Positions 15,001 to 26,644 of a DNA stretch of 64,000 bases are shown one piece after another. The first letter of the stretch is position 1; each line of letters opens with the position of its first letter. The notes below the pieces were generated by a model, which was not told the origin of the DNA, did no database searches, and worked only from the letters and a program-made list of their open reading frames with translations. The translations under genes were made by a program, and so were the position numbers. Source of the stretch: Ostrea edulis (Eukaryota); assembly GCF_947568905.1 (NCBI RefSeq), contig NC_079165.1, positions 96,100,001 through 96,164,000 of the forward strand, in the 5' to 3' direction.

Positions 15001-15768
15001 CAGTACTAGATTTACCGCCCGCCTATTCTTGGACACCCTTGATATGTTCAGTAGCGAAATGCACTGTATGCTGATGTAGAGCAGCTGATATCTTCAAACT
15101 TGTAAATATATTGACGAAATATGTCTACACCATGCTCATATTCACAATGTTAATATTTACGCCAGTGCATTAAGCAGGTTGGGAACACTTCCCCTATAGC
15201 GAGATATTCTCGCTAAAACGCAATTATCCCTCTTTAGCGAGAAATAAACATTACCACCAACAGGTGTTTTTGCGTCTTTATTGAAAATAATGTCAAATCC
15301 CGTGCAACGCTGAATAAGTGCGACACATTCAACATGATGCGAATTGTTTCTATGAAATTGACAACATAGTCATGCAATTGCATGTCAAAGTTGCTGCGTA
15401 AGAGGGAAGCAGTCTGAAATCCAATACACATCGTGAGTGTTTTTGTTTTGATTAATATATTCGCAAAAGTATCACACATTTTAGCACCTTTTCTTTTCAC
15501 GTGAAACACGAAGAGATGTATTCCATGGGTGTTTTTCTCGGTTGTACGGGATATATTTATTCTCGCTAGAGAGGGATAATCGCGTTTTAGCGAGAATATC
15601 TCGCTAAAGGGGAAGTGTTCCCAACCTGTTAAGAGGAAGAAAGATCAAAGGGATGCATGTTATTGCCTTCGACACACTATGCAAAGCATACAGTTAGATA
15701 TATACCTTAATATTTTCGTCAACAGCAGCAAATGCTGCTGCTTTTTTGCCAGCTTCTATTGCAGACAT
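11..15768 (-). CDS. RPIA: Ribose-5-phosphate isomerase A, 8 coding exons, 235 aa
   Basis: Exons in transcription order: 15768-15706 ([21 protein letters not shown]), 11945-11885 ([20 protein letters not shown]), 10871-10816 ([19 protein letters not shown]), 8897-8838, 8691-8558 ([32 protein letters not shown]...), 3841-3700 (KDSQVLG...[11 protein letters not shown]...RMAQQKA), 2169-2067 ([16 protein letters not shown]...KLIP), 99-11 ([18 protein letters not shown]...stop). All introns are GT-AG, phases match, total 708 nt. The [30 protein letters not shown] and GVVETGLF motifs are RpiA hallmarks. Confidence 0.96.
300..1020. mobile_element. Helentron/HINE-like non-autonomous element carrying degenerate satellite-like units
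   Basis: Repeated blocks 'accaagtttgatgtctgtcaagcaaagggttctcaagatattgagtggaca' and 'tgacccttgacctttgacc', ending in a 'caatatgctcccc...ggggg' hairpin-like end. The same family recurs at about 45440-45950 and 49730-50760. Class assignment is from recalled oyster Helentron-carried satellites, not from a search. Confidence 0.5.
1641..1718. repeat. Perfect 78-bp palindrome (no loop) in RPIA intron 7
   Basis: caattacatcgcttgggttcgaatttactattaaagagt is followed directly by its exact reverse complement actctttaatagtaaattcgaacccaagcgatgtaattg; the centre lies between 1679 and 1680. Confidence 0.95.
2330..3636. mobile_element. Helentron/HINE-like element with internal degenerate tandem units
   Basis: Recurrent 'ccctaattgtggccccaacct...aatctgcact(a/t)cct' units, with ends 'caatgctcacctg' and 'gagcc...agctcagg'. 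Related fragments occur at about 11000-11826 and 44600-44830. Confidence 0.45.
4401..4517. mobile_element. MITE of the CAATCTAATTAAAAT family with a 9-bp TSD
   Basis: Left TIR caatgtaagtacaatcagacttcttagaac pairs with right TIR gttctaagaagtctgattttaattagattg. Flanks gtcctacct / ggcctacct form a 9-bp TSD with 1 mismatch. Confidence 0.7.
5037..8324 (+). mobile_element. RTE-clade non-LTR retrotransposon (APE endonuclease + reverse transcriptase), near full length, inactivated; antisense in RPIA intron 5
   Basis: ORF 5153-6100 is an APE domain ([34 protein letters not shown]). After a frameshift near 6095, ORFs 6225-6842 and 6849-7895 give [41 protein letters not shown] and YADD; the C-terminus has RLRWFGHV and GRPKMTW. 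The 3' tail is (GAT)6 at 8305-8324. In-frame stops lie at about 6180, 6840, 7893 and 7980. Confidence 0.92.
9037..9200. repeat. About 160-nt imperfect hairpin, probably the end of a non-autonomous element
   Basis: Left arm caattatttcctgcctactcgggaaacagtcaaaactattgcc...gtgaaactgttg pairs with right arm caacagtttcac...ggcaataattttgactgttttcctagtaggcatgaaacaattg. Confidence 0.7.
9640..10120. mobile_element. Helentron-like element with a 149-bp direct duplication
   Basis: 9773-9921 is repeated at 9922-10070. The end 'ccataatacgtcccgtcttaagacgggcgtataaaa' is a hairpin whose reverse complement recurs at about 38985 and 46125. Confidence 0.55.
11958..13143. repeat. 91-bp minisatellite, 13 near-identical copies, RPIA intron 1
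   Basis: Unit gtattgaggaataatctcactggtacactaacatgtacatgtattattgaattacaattatagacttacttacatatccaatcttatattt. Period is 91 (11958 to 12049) and 1183/91 = 13 copies; only two variant bases were seen. Confidence 0.95.
13754..14664. mobile_element. TA-flanked TIR element (Tc1/mariner-type MITE) with AT-rich internal subrepeats, copy 1
   Basis: Ends TAtggagcaccaaattaacataaactcaaataattgaagatatcttc and gaagatatcttcaattatttgagtttatgttaatttggcgctccaTA are about 45-bp TIRs with TA at both flanks. The interior is built from about 21-bp 'aattcaattattgctctc' units. Confidence 0.8.
15175..15628. mobile_element. MITE with about 70-bp TIRs (CAGG...CCTG) and 5-bp TSD ttaag
   Basis: Left end caggttgggaacacttcccctatagcgagatattctcgctaaaacg pairs with right end cgttttagcgagaatatctcgctaaaggggaagtgttcccaacctg. 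ttaag is present on both flanks. It lies about 77 bp from the RPIA exon 1 donor. Confidence 0.85.
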
Positions 15769-16413
15769 CGTCTTGCACTGTCTAATATGACCAGTGGCAT
15801 GAGATCTCACACTTCGAACAATCGAAGTAAACATTCGCACATGGGGGAAGTAGATTTGTAATATACGACTTGATATCGTCCAGGTATATCCGAGAGAGTC
15901 AACCAACTTGATGTATTTTTAAAATACCGCCATATCATCTATTATCTACTATGCAAGTAGAAGTTAAAAGAAATATATTAATATTATAATCAATTAAATA
16001 AAATTTATATCAAAGTGAGATATTACTCATTTATAGATTTTTAAGACCTTTATTTTCTACAAGTAATTTTGGGGAATTTTATTGGTTGTTTTTATTGATG
16101 GTAGAAAGATGAAATATTCAATAAATAAACCATAGTTTAAGGAGTCAGGATAGTATATATAATTACAGTATAAAACAAATTATTCAATTTTCATTTTTTT
16201 TCTTCTTCTTTAATATTTAACTCGACGCATGTATGCTTAAATTTACGACCGTTTTAAAACTTATAGGACACCCACTTTTTTTTTTATTATTTTGAGAAAG
16301 AACAAACGATTTATTTTTAAATTTTTTCTGCTAGGTTAAATTGGTACGAATACGTCGTTGTAATATCCTTATACCGTTTGATATGAGAAAATTCACATTA
16401 TACCAGCCTTCTG

Positions 16414-16861
16414 CAGTGACGGATTTTAGGAGGGCGCAACCCCCCCCCCCCCCCCTAACATTTTCAAATTTAAGGTAAATCGTGGTGTCTTGTTCAGAAA
16501 AATTTACTAAACGATAAAAGAAGCAATAATTTCTTCAACTCCCGGAGAAATAAATGGCAAAATCTTTTGATTTCTTGAATTTCTTTATTGGGAGAACTTA
16601 ATTTTTTCCAAAAACCCATAACATTTGCGTGTTTTATTCCTTATTAAAAATGATAGAAAATAGTACAAATGACTACATGTAAATAGGAGACATATTTCAA
16701 GCCCTATAAAATCCAGGAGTTTCAGGGGGCGAAGCCCCCGGACTTCCACCAGGGCTTCGCCCAGGACCCACAGGGGGCCTCAAGGCGGCCCCCAGACCTC
16801 CTGCCTCATAAGGTGGCGCCTCCCCTCACCCCCGTAACCGCAATTCCTGGATCCGCCCCTG
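16414..16861. mobile_element. MITE with CAG(T/G)G(A/G)CGGAT-type TIRs
   Basis: Left end cagtgacggattttagga pairs imperfectly with right end tcctggatccgcccctg. A GC-rich 'ggggcctcaaggcggcccccagacc' interior is related to that of the 21732-22082 element. No clean TSD was found. Confidence 0.6.
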
Positions 16862-16955
16862 TAGTGGTCTCTCACTATAAAATTTAGGTAGGGTCTAAAA
16901 CTATATTTACTACGAAAGCCGGATAGGCTCATTTTTGAAAGGTAAAAAAAATCTA

Positions 16956-17080
16956 ACTCGTTATAACGATATCATCTCGTTAAAACGAGTTAGTATCTCG
17001 TTATAACGAGTTAGTTATCTCGTTATAACGACTTAATTATCTCGTTATAACGACTTAATTATCTCGTTATAACGAGTTAG
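16956..17080. repeat. Short tandem array, about 6 copies of a 20-22 bp unit
   Basis: The partly palindromic core ctcgttataacga(g/c) is repeated. Confidence 0.8.
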
Positions 17081-17194
17081 TGATTGGGACTTAAAAAATA
17101 AACTTCTAAAATTGCATAGGTGGAAATTTTTACAATCTCATAAAATACAACATATGCATTCAAACGCTGCAAAGATGAATTTAGATATAGTGAA

Positions 17195-17950
17195 CCATTT
17201 GTGGCTACGTGTGGGGTTAAGCAAGGCGATAACCTATCCCCTACTCTCTATAATATATTTATTGATGATTTCCACTCACAACTTGTGAATTTTAACACAA
17301 ACCCACCTAGACTTCAAAATGTTGAAGTTGGTCATTTTTTCTTTGCAGATGATTCTCCTCTCAACTACAAAAGAGGCCTTCAAACCTCGATCTAGACTGT
17401 CTTTCAGAATATCGCATGAAGGAAAAATTAACTGTTAACTTTAATAAAACTAATGTACTAATGCAATGATTTTCTCAAATAAGAAAATTGACACAGCTCA
17501 ACACTGTTTTTATTATAATCACTCAATAATTCATCTTACTCATGAATATAAATATTTGGGAATCATTTTCAGTTGTAATGCATGGCAAACTTGGATATGC
17601 CAGCTGAATAGCTAGCTGACCGTGCACGGAAAGCTTTTGTGCAACTAAACATTCTTTACCCTTTTTTGATAAATCATCTTTAAAAACTTTATTCTGCTCT
17701 TATTGCATTTTATATATATGGTTCTGAAATTTGGATTTCAGACTTTAATACATGTATTAACGTTAACAATTGTGACCAACTACCCTTTGGGGAAAAAACA
17801 ACAACCCAGCACTTAATATTTAAAGCGTACAGAAGACAGCTTCAAATTTAGCCATCAAACATGAACTAGGAACATTCCCCATCTGCTGTAAAGCTCTCCT
17901 CTCTATGTTCAAATTTTACAAAAGACTAGAAAGCTATGATGATGAAAATG
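17195..17950 (+). pseudogene. Decayed non-LTR retrotransposon reverse-transcriptase fragment
   Basis: ORF 17201-17395 contains GVKQGDNLSPTLYNIFIDDF and FFADD. Downstream, frameshifted remnants include EYKYLGIIF-like, YGSEIW and ELGTFP-like motifs. Confidence 0.7.
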
Positions 17951-18988
17951 ATATTAAAAATCCAATACTTATGGCTGTTAAACTGGAAGATGATAACCTT
18001 TTTAATACTGGCATATAATACATTCCAAAAGAGTATCGTTTATGTTAGTTTCGTAAAACTACTGTTGAAGATGAGTTACATTTTTTATATGACTGTAAAG
18101 TAAAGTAAATCTTATTTAAAGTCGGTACTACACACATTCAGCAAGTGCACACAGGCTCTGTATAGAGCTTTTTAACCGACTATAAACTGTTTCATGTATG
18201 AAGACATACGAAAGAAATATTAGCCTTTGAACATCTACAATTCAGACGATGATGATATCAAATGAAAACCGTTGTAAAGTACTATGCAACCCTCTCAAAT
18301 TAGTTCATGCTAGAAGGTTATGTGGATTTTTACATGAATGTCTAATATCACAGGTACATGTCAAATATTTTATACTTGTATTTACATATAAGTATATGAA
18401 CTTTTAGTATTTAGTTTATTGTCATTATATATCCCATATTGTGTAATGTGGTTGTATGCCAACATGCTGCTATGGTTAATCAATAAATAAATTGAAAATT
18501 GATAGAGTATTGAAATTTAAGAAAATAGGCCTTGGCAAAGTAAACGTCTTGTATTTTAAAACCCCACTCTATTTTCTTGTGAAATCACCAAAGTATACAA
18601 TGGTTCTTTCTATACCGTCAAGAGAAAATACCTTCAGTATTCAAAAGGAAACCGAAAATTTTGCCAACGACAAGTACTTCAATGGACACCAAAATGTAAG
18701 GACAGTAGAACAGAACTGGTCAATGATAAAGAACTTTATCCTGGAAACTGTACAGAACAACATCCCATCAAAAACAGCGAAAGGGAAAAAATCAGTACCT
18801 TGGATACACAACAACATCAAATGTTTAATCAAAAGGAGGAACAGGACACATGCCAACTATAAGAAAACAGGAAACACCCGAATTAAGCAAAAGTGGAAAG
18901 AACTGAGAAACGAAATAAAGAAAGAAGTGAAGAAATCACATGATAACTACGTAAACAACATGATTGGTGATGTAAGAATATAAGACTC

Positions 18989-20047
18989 TCTTATGAGTAG
19001 CCATGAAATATAAGGTGATTCCACCCGAGGGTTGCAAAAAAGCTGTGAAACCCGAGGCTTTGCCGAGGGTTTTACCGCTTTTTTGCAACCCCGAGGGTGG
19101 AATCACCTTAATATTTCACGGCAACTCATAAGAGAGTATTTTTCTCTCATATTTCTAGAGTTTTCCGTTTTCCTTGTGCCTAGAGACGCCATTTTGAGAA
19201 TTTTCCAATTAATTAATATTTCGCTGTACATTAAAAATAACACCAGAATCGAATTCTACGACCTTCATTTTGGCAACTACGTTGCCGACAAAAAATCGGT
19301 CGACGAGTGTATAAGTGAATTGTATTAGAGTTATTCCTCTTTGAATAAATCAATAATCAAGGTGATGCGTGACGTAACTCGACAGTCCATCAGCGCGAAA
19401 CATTTTGACAGACCTAATCAGAATATGAATCCACAACTGCATGTTTTTTTCTTAGAGGAGCATTGATATTGATATTAATTGAGCAGTTATTTAATGACGA
19501 GTGTGTGAAGAGAGATTCCAAGTGGTTTTTGTTGGTGAATATGGGCATGGCTAGACTTTCGTTTTCCACGCGTGCAAGGACTCGAGTCTGGATATTGAAG
19601 GCACTTATTTCACCTGAAACACGGACAGTAGACGTTGACAGAGTGAATTTGGAGGTAGGCCTAGAACTAATAGACCGTGTGGGTTGGGTTTCTGTGAACT
19701 GGCATAATGCACCGGATGACATCTAGGTGTATGAAGAATTTGTGACTGTTGTTGAGTGTGCAGTAATTGTTCAAGGAATGTGTATTTTTGTGTCCGGTCA
19801 CATACACCTCGATATTATCAGGGACATTACAATCTGTCATTTTTTGTACAAGAGCTTTGCAGACGCTAGTGTTCGTCAATCGAGGGGTATTCCCAATCGA
19901 GGCGAGGTAAGTTGCAAGCTAGTTGTGTATTGATTATGACGTCACGGGATATGTAAGATAAACGTCACGTGATATGAAAGATAGAAATATCTTACATACC
20001 TTTCTTTCATAGAATATCTGTATCTTACATACGTAGATATGAGAGAA
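18989..20047 (-). mobile_element. Non-autonomous Crypton-like element with a tyrosine-recombinase C-terminal remnant
   Basis: Minus ORF 19667-19879 reads RLTNTSVCKALVQKMTDCNVPDNIEVYVTGHKNTHSLNNY, resembling the TNxSxR...TGH...SLxNY tail of Crypton/DUF3504 tyrosine recombinases. It continues by frameshift into 19414-19722 (...LFTHSSLNNCSININ). The element is flanked by direct repeat aagactc (18982-18988, 20048-20054) and has a 150-nt hairpin at its left end. Confidence 0.72.
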
Positions 20048-21731
20048 AAGACTCGAAACCATTCTGGAAATAGATAAATAACCAGAAAGCAGATAAACAA
20101 GGGATTCCAGTATTACAAACCAAATCTGGTAATACAGCGGAAACAGATTTTCAGAAAGCAGAAGCTTTAAACGAACAATTTTCCAGTGTATTCACAAAAA
20201 CAGAATACGAATCAGTTACATACAACAAGATTAGAGCACCAACCATGAGTAAAATCAACATAACATCAAAAGGAGTAGAAAAGATACTGAAAAACCTTAA
20301 TCCTACAAAAGCAATGGGTCCAGATGGAATCAACCCCAGAGTACTAAAAGAACTGTCGGGCGAACTAGCAGGTATCATCACACACTTTTTCCAGCAGTCA
20401 ATCAACAGTGGAAATATTCCAACAGACTGGAAAAAGGCTAACATCTGTCCACTCTTCAAGAAAAATGATAGATCTATACCAAGCAACTACAGACCAGTCT
20501 CATTGACCTGCATCTGCTGTAAGATGCTTGAACACATCATATGCTCAAACATGATGACACACTTTGAAGAGTATAACATCCTCAACAATAGGCAGCATGC
20601 GTTTAGGAGAAGCCATAGCCGTGAGACTCAGTTAGTTTCCATCATACATGACTGGGCAACATCACTAGAGAACAGGACACACGTTGACGTTTTCATCCTG
20701 GACTTTGAAAAGGCCTTCGACACAGTGCCTCACGAATTACTGAAAACAAAGCTACATCGATATGGTATTCCAAGCAACATATTAAACTGGATTGACCAAT
20801 TTTTATCAGGAAGAGAACAGTGCGTAGTGGTAAATGGCGAAAAATCGCAAACAGCAGATGTCAAATCAGGTGTACCGCAAGGAACAGTTCTGGGTCCCAT
20901 ACTCTTCCTTGTCCATATAAATGACATTTCAGAAGGTGTAACATCAAATATCCGACTTTTCGCAGATGACTGTGTCTGTTATAGGGAAATAGACAACATA
21001 GATGATTGTAGGAAACTCCAGGATGACATCAACAAACTAGGTAAATGGGCAACAGCGTGGGGAATGCAGCCAGTCAAGTGCAACATGATGACGTTAAGCA
21101 GGAAGAGAACAAACATCGACTACAACTATACCCTGAAAAACACAAGCCTAGAATTTTTTACATCCATAAAATATCTAGGGGTACATATCACCAATAACTT
21201 GCACTGGCGAAAACATATAACGGAAACCTGCAACAAGGCATATAAGACCTTAGGATTACTTAAGAGGAACCTATCATCATGCCCTCACGAAGTAAAACTA
21301 CAAGCCTACAAAGGATTAATTAGACCACTACTAGAATATGCCAGCTCAGCATGGGACCCACATCAAGAATACCTAAAGAACAAACTAGAAACTGTGCAAA
21401 AACGATCTACTAGATTCATATCATCAAACTATACATATGAACCAGGAACCATGACGCAAATACTAAACGACCTGAAGTTACCACCATTAGAGGATAGGAG
21501 GAAAAACAACAGACTAGTGCTATTCTGCAAAGGCCTACACAACCGAGCCAATATACCAACTGAACTCCTCTCGAAACCAAAACGGAAAACTAAGAGTATG
21601 CATCAAGATCAATACAACAGAATTTATGCAAGAACAGACACTTTGAAATACAGCTTCCTCCCAAACACCATCAGAGACTGGAATGCAGTACCCCCAGATA
21701 TCATCGACAAACTGAAAGCCTCCAAAGAACC

Positions 21732-21901
21732 CACACCCGTAGCCAGGGGGGGGGGGGGGGGGTTCGTACGAACCCCCCCTTGAAAACTACTAAGCACTAT
21801 TAAAGTCGGCATTTTGTTTGAATTGTGACTATTAAAGTCGGGATTTTTTATGAAAATTCATAGTAAAAAAGTTATGATTCCAAAATTCAAATTAAGTGCC
21901 C

Positions 21902-21939
<38 letters not shown>

Positions 21940-22082
21940 CAGAGCTTCTGGGGGCCTTGAGCGGCCCCAGACCCCCTGCCGTAATGGCACCTCGCGGCGC
22001 GGTGCGAGGTGATAGACTCGCGCTAGTCTATGTAACCCCCCCCCCCCCCCCCCCCCCTTGAAAAATCCTGCCTACGGGCCTG
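21732..22082. mobile_element. MITE (CAxxCCCGTAG...CTACGGGCCTG) with 5-bp TSD gaacc, inserted in the CR1 ORF2 3' end
   Basis: gaacc occurs at 21727-21731 and 22083-22087. Removing the element and one TSD restores the reading frame KASKEPVVTF. Confidence 0.85.
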
Positions 22083-25029
22083 GAACCAGTGGTCACTTTC
22101 GCTGACATAGTGAAGAGTGGCCTCATGTAAATTTATTATTATTTTTTTTTTTTGCTACTTGACGCTCGCGAGGTGTAACAACGTCGAGAGATCTATCACC
22201 GTAACCTATCAAGATCAAGATTTTCTCGTGTTTACAGTAATCTAAGCACCTGTCGATTAAAACGAAATGCACATGGTACGAACTACTTGACATCAAACGC
22301 TCCCGTTCAAGATGGCTGCCGTTTAGCATAGGTGAGAATTTTATTGTTATGATTATAAAGGTTTCCCTTCTTTTTGCCATTTAAAGAAGAAAGAAATACA
22401 TATGCTGATCAGGAGATTAATATGTTTTACGGCGTGACCGTATTTGAGGGCGAAGCAAACAAATTTTGGCATTAGTATCTATATCCAAAACAGAACAAAA
22501 ACAACTGAGGACGGAGCTGTATCAAAACATCCTAATTTTGGATATTTGATCCGCCTATTATATATATATTGAACGCGGGAAATATAACGCAATTGATGTA
22601 ACAGTACATTGTGACGTCATATTCAGCGTCGTTATTTAGCAAATTTACAAACATAGCGTTTGAACCACAACAACAAACATGGCGTTAATCGTGGAGTGAT
22701 TATATAGATCTATATGATTAAGAGAATAAGATTTACATGCTTTTACGAATTTTATGTAACATATCCCAGAACGACGTGAACTAGGGTAGACGAGATTCAA
22801 AATGGAGAAATACATGTCCACGCGCTAATATTCGAATCGACGCCATTAGTACCAAAATTTTCAAGTTCCATAGGTATGGTTTAATTTTTCATTATTTTTT
22901 ACTTTTAAACATGTATATACGTGTTACCTATAGGGAGAGCTCCGCTCTCACGGCCCTTTGGGCCGTGAGAGGGCTTCGCCCTCTATTATAACAGTGGACT
23001 CCTTTAGTAACAGTGGTAGTTTATTCCAATGGCGTCGTGTACATGATATACACTGCCTTCGGACTAGACTCCGCGCATTTGGAGAATTAATATACATGAC
23101 TAGTGATGGGCAATGGGGAAAAAATAATAATCGATGATCGGATGCACCTTTTTGATTGATTAATAAAAAAATAATCAAATTTTAATGATTTCAAATTTAA
23201 GGCATAGATATATTAAATTTGTTTTAATTTATACCCTAGATATTAAAGCTATCGTCGGAGGCCCTAAATTCGTTACAGTCCCAGAGTCGTGTCCCTTTTG
23301 TTTTCCTCGCGTATCTCGCGAGATTTTATCCGAGGTTGCGCAATCCGTGAGAAAAATTTTACTATGATATGTGACATCACATCTTACTACACAACAGCCG
23401 ACAATGCGATCAAAAGAGGTAATATTTTCTTTTCTTTTTTTTATTCAAATATTTGCTAAGATTACTTAATCCCAAATAAAGACACAGATGGAAATGGTCA
23501 AATACACTTCTAAACCCGAAATTTAAGAATATAACATCGGTTGTCTCCTTTGTTGACATCCAGCGAATGAAAGTCATGTGATCTGATTGGAATGTTTAAG
23601 GCCAAACAAAGATAATTTTTCGATACAAAGAGTGAAGTTCCTTATAGCATTTTTAAAATGTATTGTGTTATTATTAGGTTAGTGTTTACCAAATGGGCAC
23701 AGTGTGACAGATGTAACCACTCGGTTCATTTAATTTACTGCTCACCTGTGAGATTTGTTAGAAGGAATGACTCGTTTTTCTGTCCTCACTGTACAGAAGG
23801 GTGATTAAAATGTTTACAATTATCCCAATATGCTTTACTGTTATTATCATATTGATTAAATTTTTTAATGTTAATTACATTGTTAAAATTGTTATTCAAT
23901 GTTATTATATTTGTTAACTGAATTTGTTATATCGTGCAATTCCCCATTTATTCATTGTAGCATTATTTTTCATTATAAACGAATCTTTAGACTGATTTGG
24001 CCTTACAGTTTTGTTTATATCTGACGTCACGACTCTGGGACCAGTTTTTCAAAATGGCGTCTCCGCTTCATTGGTGTTTGCAGTGTTCAATTATTTATTT
24101 ATTAAATGAAAAAATAATGAAAATAATGTAAAGTCCTACGAAGAAATAGAAGTCCTTTAGGTATGTTATAATAAATTTAGTGTAAAAAGTTTAAACAAGC
24201 GATTAATGTGGCAAACATCCTTAGGGTAACGACTCATGGACCTCCGAGGATATATGGTCCGAATTACAATATTTTTTTCCATCTCGTAAAAACACTATTA
24301 AATCATTGCACGCATGTAGTAATGAGACTGTACGACATATCATAAATTATTTCACCTGTTTTAACCCAAATAATTGTGATTTTAAATCGATGTTTACAAA
24401 TAACCGCGTCACTGCCATTTCAAGTGACAGTCACGTGACCAGTTCAAACTTTCAGATCATCGGTGGTCTTGTCTGTGTAAAGCTGTGTATTTTGTTATAA
24501 CAGTGCCATACCATAAGTTTAATAGAAATAAAAATATCATATACCTCTTAGTAATTTTTTGTTTTACGCTTTCAGCCTTAACACTAGACAGTTGCGTATG
24601 AGTTAATACATCATGTTGGGATTCCCCTGACGCGCGTGGGTCTATTTATAGACGTCTATTATGGGATGATTTATTTATGTAGCCACTATATTTACTTTCT
24701 AAATAATATTCGCACTGTTTTCTTTTACATGCAGATGTTTTCAAGCATATAGTTAAGGGAAAGTTAATAACTTTATAAAGTAATTAATCTGCTTTAAAGT
24801 AATTATGTACAAAAATAATACATGAACATCGGGTCATACAGCTTTAAGTTAATTAGAATAAAATCATTAGATTGATTGTACATGTATCTTGCGTAACGTC
24901 TCTCGAGAAAAATTTTCACTCATATGGAGACGTCTAAAATAATAATTAGAAATTTGAAGTAAATAATCCCATACTTTCGATTTTATTTTCCCGTGATAGG
25001 GATAGATCTCTCGACTTTTGTTGTTCTTA

Positions 25030-25270
25030 TGGGATCCGGGTTAGAACAGAGTCTCATTACCCCTTGCATGTTGTAAGAGACAAAATCTGAGGCCCCATGT
25101 CACAGGAGGTGTGGCATGATAAAGATCCCAGCTCCCTGTTCGAAGACTGTAAGTGCCGAACATAGGCCTAAATTTTGCAGGCCTTTACCGGCAATGGTGA
25201 CATCTCCATATGAGTGAAAGATTCTCATGAGGGACGTTAAACAATATTTAATCATTATAGTCATTCAATC
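25030..25270 (+). mobile_element. SINE fragment (3' part), copy 1
   Basis: Aligns by eye with 60952-61207 (gggatccgggttaga...gaggcccatgtcacaggaggtgtggcatgataaagatccc...gcctaaattttgcag...ccggcaatggtgacatc...gtgaaagattctc...gggacgttaaacaata) and ends in an aatc-type tail. The 'ccgaggtccc...aaagatccc' core resembles conserved SINE central domains (recalled, not searched). Confidence 0.6.
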
Positions 25271-25835
25271 TTATCGGATGATTTGAACAGTCTCGTCAGC
25301 CATTTTCAGTTTTAGATAAGTCGCGGCAGGAATATTCATATTGTTAAAATTATTACTGACGTCGGCGAATTTTCGATTTTCAAAATGACAATCGATTATT
25401 CACATCGTTTCAGTTATAGCGACCGACAATCGAAAGTCGGCGACAATCGGTACATCACTATACATAACGGTTGTGTAAATAGTCATTTGTATATGTCGTG
25501 TCCATATACACAACCATTGGACACCTTTTCTACATCAGCTCTATGCACGACAGTCGGTTACCATGTGAAGAATTTCTATTTGTATTTTTTCTTCTACCAC
25601 GCTGATGTGTTTACAATTACAGTTCTACCGTTGGGGCAAGCGGAGCCAGTGTATACTTTTAAGTATGTTTATCCCTAACAGGTACATAGAATAAGAAAAT
25701 TCTGAAGTTATGTCGAGGTGTACAGACAGTTGTCAAAACATCTTAACATCTTGCAAGATGACTTTAAACATAATTTTAATTAATCTGCCTATTCATTTAA
25801 TGAGGGGAAATATAATGAGGCATGTTCGACCTCTG

Positions 25836-26644
25836 GCATCTTCGCTAGCCAAGGGTTTGCGATCCGCTCTGCTTCTTTACAAAACCAGATTTAGTGCAAT
25901 TTTCGTAGCCTCAGCTTTCAGCATATGATTGGACACAGAGAAAGTCCACTGCTCAATCAGAGAACGTGTTACGTTAGATCACATGCAAAACAAACTTGGA
26001 ATTTAAATACCTACAACTGTCACTCAGCCGTGTATCAAATACTTATTCAAACCAATGATGCCACATGCACAGATCAGACTCGTATCTGCATAAAGAAGTG
26101 CATTTTATTTACTACAGTACCGTACCATAAGTTTAATATCAAACATCTCGTGTAATTCGTTGTTTTATGTTCTATATATCCCAGATTTAGACAAGTTGCG
26201 TCAGAGCTATTTTCCTCAATTTGGAATTCACCTTACATGCGTGGAGTTAGTTTTAGACGTAGACTCAACGACTACATATATTTCATGGGTTCACCACATG
26301 TTTATTTTCTAAATAATGTTCTCACTGATTTCTTTTTCAAGTATGCAATTAAGAGATAGTTAAATTTATTATTGATATTTTGAATGATTTGCATGTACCA
26401 CATTACGCTACTCTCTGAGTGCAGCCATTTCTAAACAACGAGCACAGCCATTTCTAAACAACTTTTAAACAGTAGTTGAAACACGCATTTTGATTAGATA
26501 ATGGATAAGCATGATGTAATCCAAACAGGGTTGTTTTCTCCATCCACTAGAGGGCGCCACTTAAAGCTACGAAAATCGCACTAAATCTGCCAAGGGTTTG
26601 TAGAGAAATGGAGCGGATCGTAAACCCTTGGCTAGCGAAGATGC
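25836..26644. mobile_element. TIR element with about 85-bp imperfect inverted termini
   Basis: Left end gcatcttcgctagccaagggtttgcgatccgctc...agatttagtgcaattttcgtagc pairs with right end gctacgaaaatcgcactaaatct...gagcggatcgtaaacccttggctagcgaagatgc. Confidence 0.7.

Larger units (their letters stand above)
18637..22150 (+). mobile_element. 5'-truncated CR1-type LINE (ORF2 reverse transcriptase) interrupted by two nested insertions
   Basis: ORF 18492-18983 (...VPWIHNNIKCLIKRRNR...YVNNMIGDV) resumes at about 20050 (DSKPFWK...KAEALNEQFSSVFT) into ORF 20245-21783 (GPDGI, WKKANICPLFKK, NYRPVSLT, LDFEKAFDTVPH, SGVPQGTVLGP, LFADD, KYLGV). After the MITE it ends ...KASKEPVVTFADIVKSGLM-stop (about 22130), followed by a (TTA)n/T tail. 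No endonuclease domain is present. Confidence 0.88.

Noticed and set aside
21732-21783. C-terminal PTPVARGGGGGFVRTPP of ORF 20245-21783 as part of the LINE protein
   Set aside because: It is read-through into the inserted MITE; the true LINE end resumes at 22088.
23240-24850. Kolobok-like element bounded by TTAA-AGCT ... AGCT-TTAA
   Set aside because: The terminal match extends only about 4 bp beyond TTAA. An internal inverted motif (cccagagtcgtg) is suggestive but insufficient.
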